From NCBI RefSeq assembly GCF_004102945.1, contig NZ_CP019384.1, positions 1 to 32,000 on the forward strand: a DNA stretch of 32,000 nt. Direction: 5' to 3'. A program made the position numbers and the translations under genes. The first letter of the stretch is position 1; each line of letters begins with the position of its first letter. The DNA comes from Candidatus Velamenicoccus archaeovorus. GTDB lineage: Bacteria > Omnitrophota > Gorgyraeia > Velamenicoccales > Velamenicoccaceae. The notes under the pieces are model-generated. The model was not told where the DNA came from, searched no databases, and was given only the letters and a program-made list of their open reading frames with translations. Shown here piece by piece: positions 1 to 12,441 of this stretch.

Positions 1-1326
1 ATGACTGAAAGCAACCTGTGGTTTCAGGCCGCTCAGGCCGTCCGATCCAAAGTAGGGGAGAATGCCTATGAGGCCTGGATCAAGCCCATCCGGCCGAGAT
101 CGGATTCGGGCAAACAAACCATCAGCCTCGAAGTCCCCAATGAATTTTTCAGGGAGTGGCTCATCCAGCATTACGATCTGGTGATCCGCGACGCCCTGAA
201 AAACGCAGGATGCGCTTTCGACGTGTGCTACCGGATCAACCCTGCGCTGGCAGCAGAGGAAAAGCCGGCATTCAAAGCCGCAGCGCCCATGCGGGAACCC
301 GCAGCGCCTTTCGTCCTGAATCCCAAGTATACCTTCGACAACTTCATCGTTGGGCCATCCAACCGCTTTGCGCACGCAGCCTGCCTTTCCATCGCAGACT
401 CTCCGGCCAAGGCATATAACCCTCTGTTCATCTACAGCAGGGTGGGGTTGGGCAAAACTCACCTCATGCAGGCCATCTGCCACCGGATCCGCCACAACAA
501 TCCATCGACGCGGTTTTACTACACATCGTCGGAAAAATTCACAACGGAGTTGATCGGCGCCATCCAGCACCGTTCCACAGCCACATTCCGGGAGAAATTC
601 AGGAATGTCGACGTGCTTCTGATCGACGACATCCATTTCATCGCCAACAAAGAAGCCACCCAGGAAGAGTTCTTCCACACCTTTAACGCCCTTTACGACA
701 ACCATAAACAGATCATCATTTCGTCCGACAGGCCTCCCAAGGAAATCCAAAAGCTCGAGGAACGCCTTGTCTCGCGGTTCAGCTGGGGCTTGGTCACCGA
801 CATCCAGCCACCAGACCTGGAGACCCGCATCGCGATCCTCAAGAAAAAAATCGAGAACGAAAGCGTCGATATTCCCGACGATGTCGTTCATCTGATCGCC
901 GAGATCATCAAGAGCAATATCCGAGAGTTGGAGGGGGCCCTGGTCAAGGTGATCGCCTATTCGCTCCTGGAAGAAAAACACATCACCCTGGAAATGGCCA
1001 AAAACGTCCTCAAGGACCTGCTCAAAGAGGCGTCCAAACAGATCACGGTGGAAGACATCCAGAAGGCCGTGGCCGATTACTTCAAAATCAACCCGGATGA
1101 ATTAAAAACCAAAAGACGGGTCAAAAATGTCGTGGTGCCGCGCCAGGTCGCAATGTATCTGTCGCGGGAACTCACAAGCATGTCTTTGCCGGAGATTGGA
1201 AGCGCTTTTGGCGGCAAAGACCACACAACTGTGCTGCACGCATTTAAGAAAATCCAGGCCGAGATCTCCAAAAACCACGACATCAAAAACGCGGTGGAAC
1301 AGCTTAAAAGCGATTTCCAAAGATAA
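1..1326 (+). CDS. dnaA: Chromosomal replication initiator protein DnaA
   Basis: 441-aa ORF starting at window base 1. AAA+ Walker A (SRVGLGKTHL) and Walker B (VLLIDDIHF). C-terminal DnaA-box-binding HTH region (VVPRQVAMYLSRELT...GGKDHTTVLHA). Followed by dnaN, the usual order. Confidence 0.97.
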   Translation: MTESNLWFQAAQAVRSKVGENAYEAWIKPIRPRSDSGKQTISLEVPNEFFREWLIQHYDLVIRDALKNAGCAFDVCYRINPALAAEEKPAFKAAAPMREPAAPFVLNPKYTFDNFIVGPSNRFAHAACLSIADSPAKAYNPLFIYSRVGLGKTHLMQAICHRIRHNNPSTRFYYTSSEKFTTELIGAIQHRSTATFREKFRNVDVLLIDDIHFIANKEATQEEFFHTFNALYDNHKQIIISSDRPPKEIQKLEERLVSRFSWGLVTDIQPPDLETRIAILKKKIENESVDIPDDVVHLIAEIIKSNIRELEGALVKVIAYSLLEEKHITLEMAKNVLKDLLKEASKQITVEDIQKAVADYFKINPDELKTKRRVKNVVVPRQVAMYLSRELTSMSLPEIGSAFGGKDHTTVLHAFKKIQAEISKNHDIKNAVEQLKSDFQR

Positions 1327-1333
1327 TCCTTCT

Positions 1334-1485
1334 TTGTCCACCGGTTATCCAGAATATTTTTTGTTTTTAGTCGCTTGTTTTTCTGGGGTTAGGTGGTTTT
1401 CAACAGAACTAAAAGTTATTACTACAACTACTTTTATATTAAATTTCTAGTATTAGGAGGTGTGGATGAAGATCCGTGTGGATAA
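1334..1485. promoter_or_regulatory. DnaA-box cluster flanking an AT-rich tract (candidate oriC segment or DnaA-regulated dnaN leader)
   Basis: Four boxes against the TTATCCACA consensus: TTGTCCACC 1334-1342 (7/9), TTATCCAGA 1345-1353 (8/9), TGTGGATGA 1461-1469 (8/9, reverse orientation) and TGTGGATAA 1477-1485 (9/9 reverse complement). They bracket an AT-rich stretch at ~1385-1455. Confidence 0.55.
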
Positions 1486-2572
1486 AACAGAATTGCAAAA
1501 AGGCATTCAAGCCGTTGGCAACGTCATTACACCCAAAAATGTTTTACCAATCCTATCCAATATTCTTTTTGAGACACAAAAAAACAAAATCAGACTAACC
1601 ACCACCGATCTAGATATGGGGGTTTCTATTATTCTTGATGCGGAAATCCTTGAACCCGGGGCCATCACCATACCCACCAAGCGCTTAAACGATATCATCA
1701 AGGAATTGCCTTCAGGCGCAGTTGTGATCAATACACGGAAAAACAATGTTGTGGATATCCAGTTGGAGAATTGTGAATTCAAGTTGATGGGGCTGCCCAA
1801 AGAGGAATTTCCAAAACTTCCCGAGATCAAAGAAAAAGAAAGCCTTGTGTTGACCCAAGATACCTTGAAGAACATGCTTCAATTGACGGCTTTTGCCGTT
1901 TCGCACGAAGAAACACGTTACGTCCTTAACGGCCTTCTTTTTGAGGTCAAAAAGAATGGGGAGGGGGAATCGCTTGTCCGTTTTGTCGGGACTGACGGCA
2001 GAAGGTTGGCTGTCGTCGAGAAAAAAATACCTCTCAAGGCACACAAAGAAACCAAGGTTATAATTCCTTACAAGACGATCCAGGAGCTTCTGAGGAACTT
2101 GAAGGAAGAGGGGGATGTCTCTTTGATCATTTCGCAGAACCAGGTCTTCTTTGAAATGGATGGGGCCGTGATTATTTCCAGGTTGATCGAGGGGGATTTT
2201 CCGGATTATCAGCGCGTCATCCCTCAGCCTTCCGCCCTGAAGGTCAGGCTTAATAAGGACGATTTTGTCCTGGTGCTGCGGCGGGCCAACCTTTTAACGA
2301 CGCCGGATTTTCAGGCGGTCAAGTTTGAGCTGTTCAAGAACAAGTTGGTGGTTTCCAAGTCTACCCCGGATGTCGGGGAATTCAAGGAAGACATCCCGCT
2401 GGAGTACGCCGGCAAGGAGTTTGTTATCGGGTTCAACCCGAATTATTTCCTGGATGTCCTGCGGTATTGGCGCGAGCCGGAATTTTCCCTGGAGTTTTAC
2501 GACGGGGAGAAACCCGGCGTGGTCCGGTCGCCCGAATATGTGTATATCGTGCAACCGATGAGACTGAGCTAA
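1466..2572 (+). CDS. dnaN: DNA polymerase III beta sliding clamp
   Basis: ORF 1460-2572. I prefer the ATG at 1466 because AGGAGG lies at 1455-1460 with a 5-nt spacer. About 368 aa, the three-domain clamp length. Sits immediately after dnaA. C-terminus ...EYVYIVQPMRLS is typical of DnaN. Confidence 0.96.
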   Translation: MKIRVDKTELQKGIQAVGNVITPKNVLPILSNILFETQKNKIRLTTTDLDMGVSIILDAEILEPGAITIPTKRLNDIIKELPSGAVVINTRKNNVVDIQLENCEFKLMGLPKEEFPKLPEIKEKESLVLTQDTLKNMLQLTAFAVSHEETRYVLNGLLFEVKKNGEGESLVRFVGTDGRRLAVVEKKIPLKAHKETKVIIPYKTIQELLRNLKEEGDVSLIISQNQVFFEMDGAVIISRLIEGDFPDYQRVIPQPSALKVRLNKDDFVLVLRRANLLTTPDFQAVKFELFKNKLVVSKSTPDVGEFKEDIPLEYAGKEFVIGFNPNYFLDVLRYWREPEFSLEFYDGEKPGVVRSPEYVYIVQPMRLS

Positions 2573-2585
2573 CAAAGGCCGGTGA

Positions 2586-5295
<2,710 letters not shown>

Positions 5296-5314
5296 AAACG
5301 GCTCTTCGCTCAAG

Positions 5315-5341
5315 CATCCGCCACTAATGCTTTGGCGGATG
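5315..5341 (+). terminator. 9-bp stem-loop 20 nt downstream of the gyrB stop (possible terminator or mRNA-stabilising hairpin)
   Basis: CATCCGCCA-ctaatgctt-TGGCGGATG forms a perfect 9-bp stem. No U-tract follows, so intrinsic-terminator function is uncertain. Confidence 0.35.
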
Positions 5342-5439
5342 TCCCTGCCTACCGGCAGACAGGCGCCGAAGTTCCAGCGGCGGGTTCCGCAGAACGCGGC
5401 ATACTGGCTTATCCAATGGAGCCAGGTAATACCAAATAA

Positions 5440-5668
5440 GCGAAGGGCCTAATTCCGCCAGAGGCGGAAGGATTAAGGAAATAAACGTTACTCCCCGTGA
5501 AAGCATCTTGACAATTTATGTCTGCACCCAGCCTTCGCAGAGCTCAGGCGGGCAGCCATAAATTCTCAAGATACACGTGGAGTTAACCCAGAAAGGGTAG
5601 ACCTCCGCATTCCACATAGCGGAGGGTCTAATTCCGCCAGAGGCGGAATTAAGGACTAAGCGTTACCC
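5440..5668. repeat. Two copies of a ~50-56 nt repeat built around a CCGCC-AGA-GGCGG hairpin
   Basis: Copy A, 5440-5495: gcgaagggcctaattccgccagaggcggaaggattaaggaaataaacgttactcc. Copy B, 5619-5668: gcggagggtctaattccgccagaggcggaattaaggactaagcgttaccc. The arms extend to an 11-12 bp stem with one bulge. Confidence 0.8.
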
Positions 5669-5684
5669 TTGCGTCTAATCACTT

Positions 5685-5755
5685 GGAAATTTCCGCCAGG
5701 GTTAGGCCGTCGGCCTGGCGCAGCCGGCCAGGACGGCCATCCGGCGAAAATTTCC
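5685..5755. repeat. Composite nested hairpin with GGAAATTTCC-type arms (unit 1 of 3)
   Basis: Outer arms are GGAAATTTCCGCC (5685-5697) and GGCGAAAATTTCC (5743-5755). Inner stems are GGCCGTC/GACGGCC and CCTGGC/GCCAGG. Related units lie at 6820-6868 and 6959-7001. Confidence 0.75.
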
Positions 5756-5823
5756 TGCGTAGACGCAGGGTTGATTTTGTAAGGAAAATTACCCCGATAT
5801 AAAACAAAATCAAGGAGGATGTT

Positions 5824-6645
5824 ATGACGAATGAGACCCCTGTTGTCTTTCATCCTATAGGCGCGTTTGGCGCGTCGCTCGGGCTTTGGACGAAGAACTT
5901 TATCCCCATCTTCGCCATTCATGGCGTGAATGTGTTCGCTGCGCGCATTCTGAAGCTATCCGTACGTTGTGTCACCCCCTTGCCGCCGGGCCGGCCGGGG
6001 ATGCTGTTGACCGTTTTTTTGGGCGTTGAGGCCGTAGCCGTTATCGTCCTGAGCGCCTTTGTTTCGCTTTTCATCCTCGGTTATCTCAGGGATGCCCAGG
6101 GCCGCCGGCCCCTGTTTGCCGATATTTTCCGTCAGACATGCACCAGGTTCTCAGGCTATATCTCCGGTGTTTTTATGCTTTTTGTGTTTTTTGTCGTCGG
6201 GATATCGCTCGCCGGCGCTTTTCTGGTCGGGGGACACGTTTTGTATGCGCAACACCCCGCAACGTCCCTGGCGCTGGGCATGCTTTTAGCCACAAGCACG
6301 GTTGCCGTGGCCCTTGCCATCGCCGTGGTCTGGTACGGATTTTATTTTACGCTGGCCCCGCTCATCGCCGGGTTTGAAAACAAGCCTGTGATCCAGGCGT
6401 TCAGGGAGAGCCGCTCGCGGATCCGGGGGCAGGCCTTGCGGTACGCAAGCACCTTTCTTATTTTCGTCGTGCTCTATCTGGCGCTTGGGCTGACGGCTTA
6501 TTTTGTCCTGCGCATGGCGGCTGCGGCGCCCCGTGTTCTTTATACGATCGACCCGGCCATGGGGGCGCTCTTCGGGCCGCTGTGGCTGGCTTTGTGGCTG
6601 GTTTGTTATGAACAAATCAAGGGTTTAAAACGCAGCATTCATTAA
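5824..6645 (+). CDS. Polytopic membrane protein of unknown function
   Basis: 273-aa ORF. AAGGAGG at 5812-5818 lies 5 nt before the ATG at 5824. There are several long hydrophobic segments (e.g. GMLLTVFLGVEAVAVIVLSAFVSLFILGYL, FMLFVFFVVGISLAGAFLVGG). No family recognised. Confidence 0.7.
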   Translation: MTNETPVVFHPIGAFGASLGLWTKNFIPIFAIHGVNVFAARILKLSVRCVTPLPPGRPGMLLTVFLGVEAVAVIVLSAFVSLFILGYLRDAQGRRPLFADIFRQTCTRFSGYISGVFMLFVFFVVGISLAGAFLVGGHVLYAQHPATSLALGMLLATSTVAVALAIAVVWYGFYFTLAPLIAGFENKPVIQAFRESRSRIRGQALRYASTFLIFVVLYLALGLTAYFVLRMAAAAPRVLYTIDPAMGALFGPLWLALWLVCYEQIKGLKRSIH

Positions 6646-6819
6646 TCCCGTTTGCCAGGATTCCTTGTCCGCCGTAAGCGGCGGGCGAGGCTATGCCCGC
6701 GGGGCTCCAGAGGAGCATGAGGGAGAAAAATTAATTAAGGATTGAGCACGACTCCTCGCTTGAACGCTCGAAAATTTAAGCAAGGAAACCAAGGTTTCAT
6801 CCCTCGCCTATACGCTTGT

Positions 6820-6868
6820 AAATTTTCCCACGGCTCGTCCGGGCGGAGCCCGGCCAGCCGGAAAATTT
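6820..6868. repeat. Nested hairpin with AAATTTTCC / GGAAAATTT arms (unit 2 of 3)
   Basis: AAATTTTCC (6820-6828) pairs with GGAAAATTT (6860-6868). The inner stem is CCGGGC-gga-GCCCGG. It is followed by cctgcgcaggcttcggg, as in units 1 and 3. Confidence 0.7.
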
Positions 6869-6958
6869 CCTGCGCAGGCTTCGGGATAATTTGCTTAGAA
6901 AAAGATTCAGGGGGCAAATTAAGGAATTAACTTTTAACCCCTTGTCAATTCGCTTGTC

Positions 6959-7001
6959 CATTTCCACCAGGATTCGGCCTGGCGGCCGGTCGGTGGAAAT
7001 G
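6959..7001. repeat. Hairpin with CATTTCCACC / GGTGGAAATG arms (unit 3 of 3), directly upstream of gyrA
   Basis: A 10-bp perfect stem spans 6959-6968 and 6992-7001, with an inner CCAGG/CCTGG stem. The unit tail ...cagaggggaaattaATG supplies the gyrA RBS-like GAGGGG and its start codon. Confidence 0.7.
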
Positions 7002-7054
7002 AACGGCGCAGACTTCGGGGTAATTTCCACACAAAAGGTGCAGAGGGGAAATTA

Positions 7055-9502
<2,448 letters not shown>

Positions 9503-9745
9503 AATCAGTATCAACGCGTCAGAGTATCAGAGTAAAACAAAAAAGTTTGGCCACAAAACTCAGAAAGAACAGCTAAGAAAAAGACCCAAAGAAGGCCGTC
9601 CATGCTAAAATGTTTTCACGGCAAAATTATGACGCGGCCTTTTGCTTCGATACCGCCATACTCTAACGCTGTATTTGCGGCCCCCTCCTGTAAAGCGTCT
9701 TCGACGCCACGGGATTAGGGGCGTGATGAACAAAGTGAATTTTAC

Positions 9746-9823
9746 GGCCCCATCGTCTAGCCTGGTCCAGGACGTGTGGTTCTCAGCCATAAGACACCGG
9801 TTCAAATCCGGTTGGGGCTACCA
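9746..9823 (+). tRNA. tRNA-Glu (anticodon CUC) with encoded CCA
   Basis: Hand-folded cloverleaf. Acceptor GGCCCCA/TGGGGCT. D-arm GTCT..AGGAC, typical of tRNA-Glu. Anticodon stem TGTGG/CCATA with loop TTCTCAG (anticodon CTC). T-arm ACCGG-TTCAAAT-CCGGT. Discriminator A followed by CCA. Confidence 0.85.
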
Positions 9824-9922
9824 GATTTAGCACCGGTTTCCCCGAACCAGACCAAGCGCTTCACAAAAAGCGTTTCGCGCTCGGTTCGGGGCCCATTCGG
9901 CCAGACGATTTGCGTCGCCCGC

Positions 9923-9967
9923 GGCCCCATAAGTTGTGGCCTTATGGGAATCCGGTTGGGGTTGCCA
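9923..9967 (+). other. 45-nt tRNA-Glu-derived mini-copy (possible att-site scar or tRNA-like minihelix)
   Basis: GGCCCCAT matches the tRNA 5' end (8/8). AATCCGGTTGGGGtTgCCAGtTTT (9949-9972) matches tRNA positions 9805-9828 at 21/24. The interior is replaced by the hairpin CCATAAG-ttgtggc-CTTATGG. Confidence 0.6.
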
Positions 9968-10072
9968 GTTTTCATCTGGTAACCATTTCTCCTCACAGTG
10001 CCTAGCCTATCCGCAGCTATTTTTTACTTGTTTCCCAAGATGAGGCGTGTTAGACTAATATAGTTTACATAC

Positions 10073-10135
10073 GTTAACAACGGAACATTAGTTAACTTTT
10101 GTTAACCAAGGTTAATTTAGTTAACATGTGTTAAT
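10073..10135. promoter_or_regulatory. Array of six GTTAAC/GTTAAT palindromic half-sites upstream of the HTH gene (candidate operator)
   Basis: GTTAAC at 10073, 10091, 10101 and 10120. GTTAAT at 10111 and 10130. The last five are spaced 9-10 bp apart, about one helical turn. The array ends ~30 nt before the ATG at 10168. Confidence 0.55.
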
Positions 10136-10167
10136 GTTGTCTTCATAACTTATTTAAGGGGTGAAAG

Positions 10168-10437
10168 ATGGAGGAGAAAGAATACTTTAGCATAGCTCAG
10201 GCGGCAAAGATATTAAAAATAAGCAGGATAGCTGTTTACAAAAAAGTAAAAAAGGGACAACTGCCAGCCATAAGAATCGGTAAGATTTATGCGGTTCCGA
10301 AAGAGGACATTATACGGAAGGTAAGAGGAATTAAGGGGCGTTCTTTGAAACCAGAAGAAAAAGCCAAAATAAAAATGGCCGTAAATAAAACGTTAAGAGA
10401 ATATGGGGATGTGTTAAAGAGGCTGGGAGAAGAGTAG
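10168..10437 (+). CDS. Excisionase/MerR-type helix-turn-helix DNA-binding protein (putative antitoxin/regulator)
   Basis: 89 aa. FSIAQAAKILKISRIAVYKKVKKGQLPAIRIGKIYAVPKEDI matches the HTH_17 excisionase-family pattern. Its stop overlaps the downstream GTG start (TAGTG), suggesting translational coupling. GGGGTGAAAG RBS. Confidence 0.8.
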   Translation: MEEKEYFSIAQAAKILKISRIAVYKKVKKGQLPAIRIGKIYAVPKEDIIRKVRGIKGRSLKPEEKAKIKMAVNKTLREYGDVLKRLGEE

Positions 10438-10859
10438 TGCATAGAATTACAATCAAAGAAGTTGAGGAGATAGCATTTCTTATCGCTCAAGAGAAGTTTT
10501 CTTTTAATGAGTCAATACCTGCTTTTACGACGAGGTTCCCTAGCGTTTTGGAAAGTTGCCTCGAAACCCCTTTTCAGACCTTCGACGGAAAGGAGCTTTA
10601 TCCTACCTTTGCTGCAAAACTTAGTATGCTGTTTTATTTAATGAACAAAAATCATCCCTTTCAAAATGGCAATAAAAGAATAGCTATGACGACGCTGTTT
10701 TTTGCTTTGTATGAAGCGAAAAAATGGATAAAGGTGGATACGCAAACCCTCTATAATTTTGCAGTATGGGTAGCTGAAAGTCCGCCAAACGCAAAAGAGG
10801 AAGTGACGGAGTACATAGAGAAATTTATAAAAACTCACATGGCTCCTCTTCAAGAGTAA
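10437..10859 (+). CDS. doc: Doc / Fic-family death-on-curing toxin
   Basis: 140 aa. Contains the Fic/Doc active-site motif HPFQNGNKRIAM (H-x-F-x-[DN]-[AG]-N-K-R). Size and position behind a small DNA-binding protein fit a type II TA module. Confidence 0.85.
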   Translation: MHRITIKEVEEIAFLIAQEKFSFNESIPAFTTRFPSVLESCLETPFQTFDGKELYPTFAAKLSMLFYLMNKNHPFQNGNKRIAMTTLFFALYEAKKWIKVDTQTLYNFAVWVAESPPNAKEEVTEYIEKFIKTHMAPLQE

Positions 10860-11238
10860 ATTGGGGTATTATATAGAAACGCTGATGATTTTGGCTGGGG
10901 TTGGATTTTTATTGATTTGCGCAGAGACTTGTGTTATAAAATATCTAAATAACATCAGGTATTTTATAACTTCTTATTCATGAAGGTGTTTTAAAAACCA
11001 TGTGGCGTCTGTCTTGGCCTGCCCCGCCTTCGGCAGGGCAAGGCCGGACAGGCAGGTCCGACTGTTTGGCCCGTCGCCAGAGGCGACGAGGTCTCACTTT
11101 CAGCGGACGCGGCCGCGAGGTCGCCGTTGCGGCGAATAAGCCGCAACACGTTTAGCGACGCCCGCCGAGAGGGTGAGGCGGGCCGAGGTCGAAGCGTTTC
11201 CTTGCTTTTTTATTGAGGTTAAGCGAGACGGAACGTGT

Positions 11239-11292
11239 CGGCCCGGTGGCACGGAAGTGCCGAAGACAAAGTTTAGGTGTCGAGAAAAAAGG
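11239..11292 (+). repeat. 54-bp perfect direct repeat, copy 1
   Basis: cggcccggtggcacggaagtgccgaagacaaagtttaggtgtcgagaaaaaagg is identical to 11346-11399. It contains the hairpin GGCAC-ggaa-GTGCC. Confidence 0.95.
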
Positions 11293-11345
11293 GCGCCGGT
11301 CGGACGAATAAGTCCGACTGTTTGGCGCGGCCGCGAGAAGGTGAG

Positions 11346-11399
11346 CGGCCCGGTGGCACGGAAGTGCCGAAGACAAAGTTTAGGTGTCGAGAAAAAAGG
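11346..11399 (+). repeat. 54-bp perfect direct repeat, copy 2 (forms the leader and RBS of the parvulin gene)
   Basis: Identical to 11239-11292. It runs into AAGGAG, 6 nt upstream of the ATG at 11408. Confidence 0.95.
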
Positions 11400-11407
11400 A
11401 GAAAGCT

Positions 11408-12352
11408 ATGCTGAGAAAACCGGGGGTTCTTCTGCTGGTTTTGGCAACGGCGTTTATGTTCGCCGGTTGCGACCAGTTGAAGGGAATGTTCCAGACTTCG
11501 CTTGGATCAACAGGATCAACAAAAACGGCCGCGCCCGCGGAGACCGGCCAGCATGCGGCCCAGCCCGTTTATGGAACGGTTCTTGCCAAAGTGAACGGCG
11601 ATACCATCACCCTGGAGAGCTTTGACGAAAAGGTCAAAAATCTTCAGGCGCTTTCTCCTGAAATCAAGATCAATACGCCCGAGGCGAAGAAGAGCTATCT
11701 TAACGACCTCATCACCCAGGAATTGATTTATCAAGAGGCCAAAGCGAGGGGCATCGAAAAACAAAAGGACGTTAAGGACGCCGTCGAGGAATTCAAGAAG
11801 GGGGTTATGGCCCGGCAGCTGATCATGGATGAGACGAAGGGCATTACCGTCGAGCCATCCGAGATCGAGGCGTTCTACAACCAGTACAAGCAGGCGTTTG
11901 CTTCAGCCAGGCAGGTTCGCGCCAGGGAGATTGTCGTGCCGACGGAGCAGGCGGCCAAGGATATCCTGATTCAGCTTTTGCAGGGCGGCGATTTTGCAGC
12001 GCTCGCCAAGGAACGCTCGATCGATGCGTCCGCATCGAAGGGCGGAGACATGGGGATCATCAATCCCGCCGAGCAGTTCGATAAGTTTAATGAGGTGATC
12101 GCTACGCTTGATGCCGGCGCGGTGAGCCCGATCTTCAAGGGGCCGAAAGGGTATTATATCGTCAAGGTGGAAGAAGTCAAAGGCGGTCAGATCCCGCAAT
12201 TGACGGATACGCTTCCCGACACAAACATGACGGTCTATGATCAGATCAAGAACGGCCTCTTGCAGCAGAAGCAGGCTCAACGCATCCAGGATCTGACGGA
12301 CAGGTTGAGGCGCGAAGGCAAGATAGAGATCAAGGAAGAGCTCCTGCGTTAA
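11408..12352 (+). CDS. Parvulin-type (PpiC/SurA/PrsA-like) peptidyl-prolyl isomerase lipoprotein
   Basis: ORF 11384-12352. I prefer the ATG at 11408 (AAGGAG upstream). Lipoprotein signal MLRKPGVLLLVLATAFMFAGC. Parvulin domain VRAREIVVPTEQAAKDILIQLLQGGDFAALAKERSID...GGDMG...GPKGYYIVKVE. Confidence 0.85.
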   Translation: MLRKPGVLLLVLATAFMFAGCDQLKGMFQTSLGSTGSTKTAAPAETGQHAAQPVYGTVLAKVNGDTITLESFDEKVKNLQALSPEIKINTPEAKKSYLNDLITQELIYQEAKARGIEKQKDVKDAVEEFKKGVMARQLIMDETKGITVEPSEIEAFYNQYKQAFASARQVRAREIVVPTEQAAKDILIQLLQGGDFAALAKERSIDASASKGGDMGIINPAEQFDKFNEVIATLDAGAVSPIFKGPKGYYIVKVEEVKGGQIPQLTDTLPDTNMTVYDQIKNGLLQQKQAQRIQDLTDRLRREGKIEIKEELLR

Positions 12353-12441
12353 TCGAGACGCAGAAATCCCCGGGACCGGAAATGCGGGCGGAGGGCTTGC
12401 TCGTGTTGACGGCCGCAGGGTTTCATGAGGAGATATTCCGC

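Noticed and set aside
5324-5922. Two small minus-strand ORFs (60 and 88 aa) in the gyrB downstream spacer
   Set aside because: They coincide with the repeat and hairpin modules and have no RBS. The second overlaps the RBS and start of the plus-strand membrane protein.
9824-10990. Integrated prophage or genomic island at tRNA-Glu
   Set aside because: No integrase, excision or phage structural genes are present and the segment is only ~1 kb. It is retained only as a possible decayed islet (see findings).
11173-11625. 150-aa plus-strand ORF
   Set aside because: It runs through the repeat and hairpin region and overlaps the parvulin gene out of frame. It is Arg/Gly-rich, whereas the parvulin frame has a lipoprotein signal and a PPIase domain.
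12382-12441. Upstream extensions of cpaB (12382), DUF192 (18128) and tadC (28623) given by the longest-ORF track
   Set aside because: In each case an internal start with a better-placed Shine-Dalgarno sequence yields a normal N-terminus (a TM helix or domain start). The extensions overlap repeats or the preceding gene.
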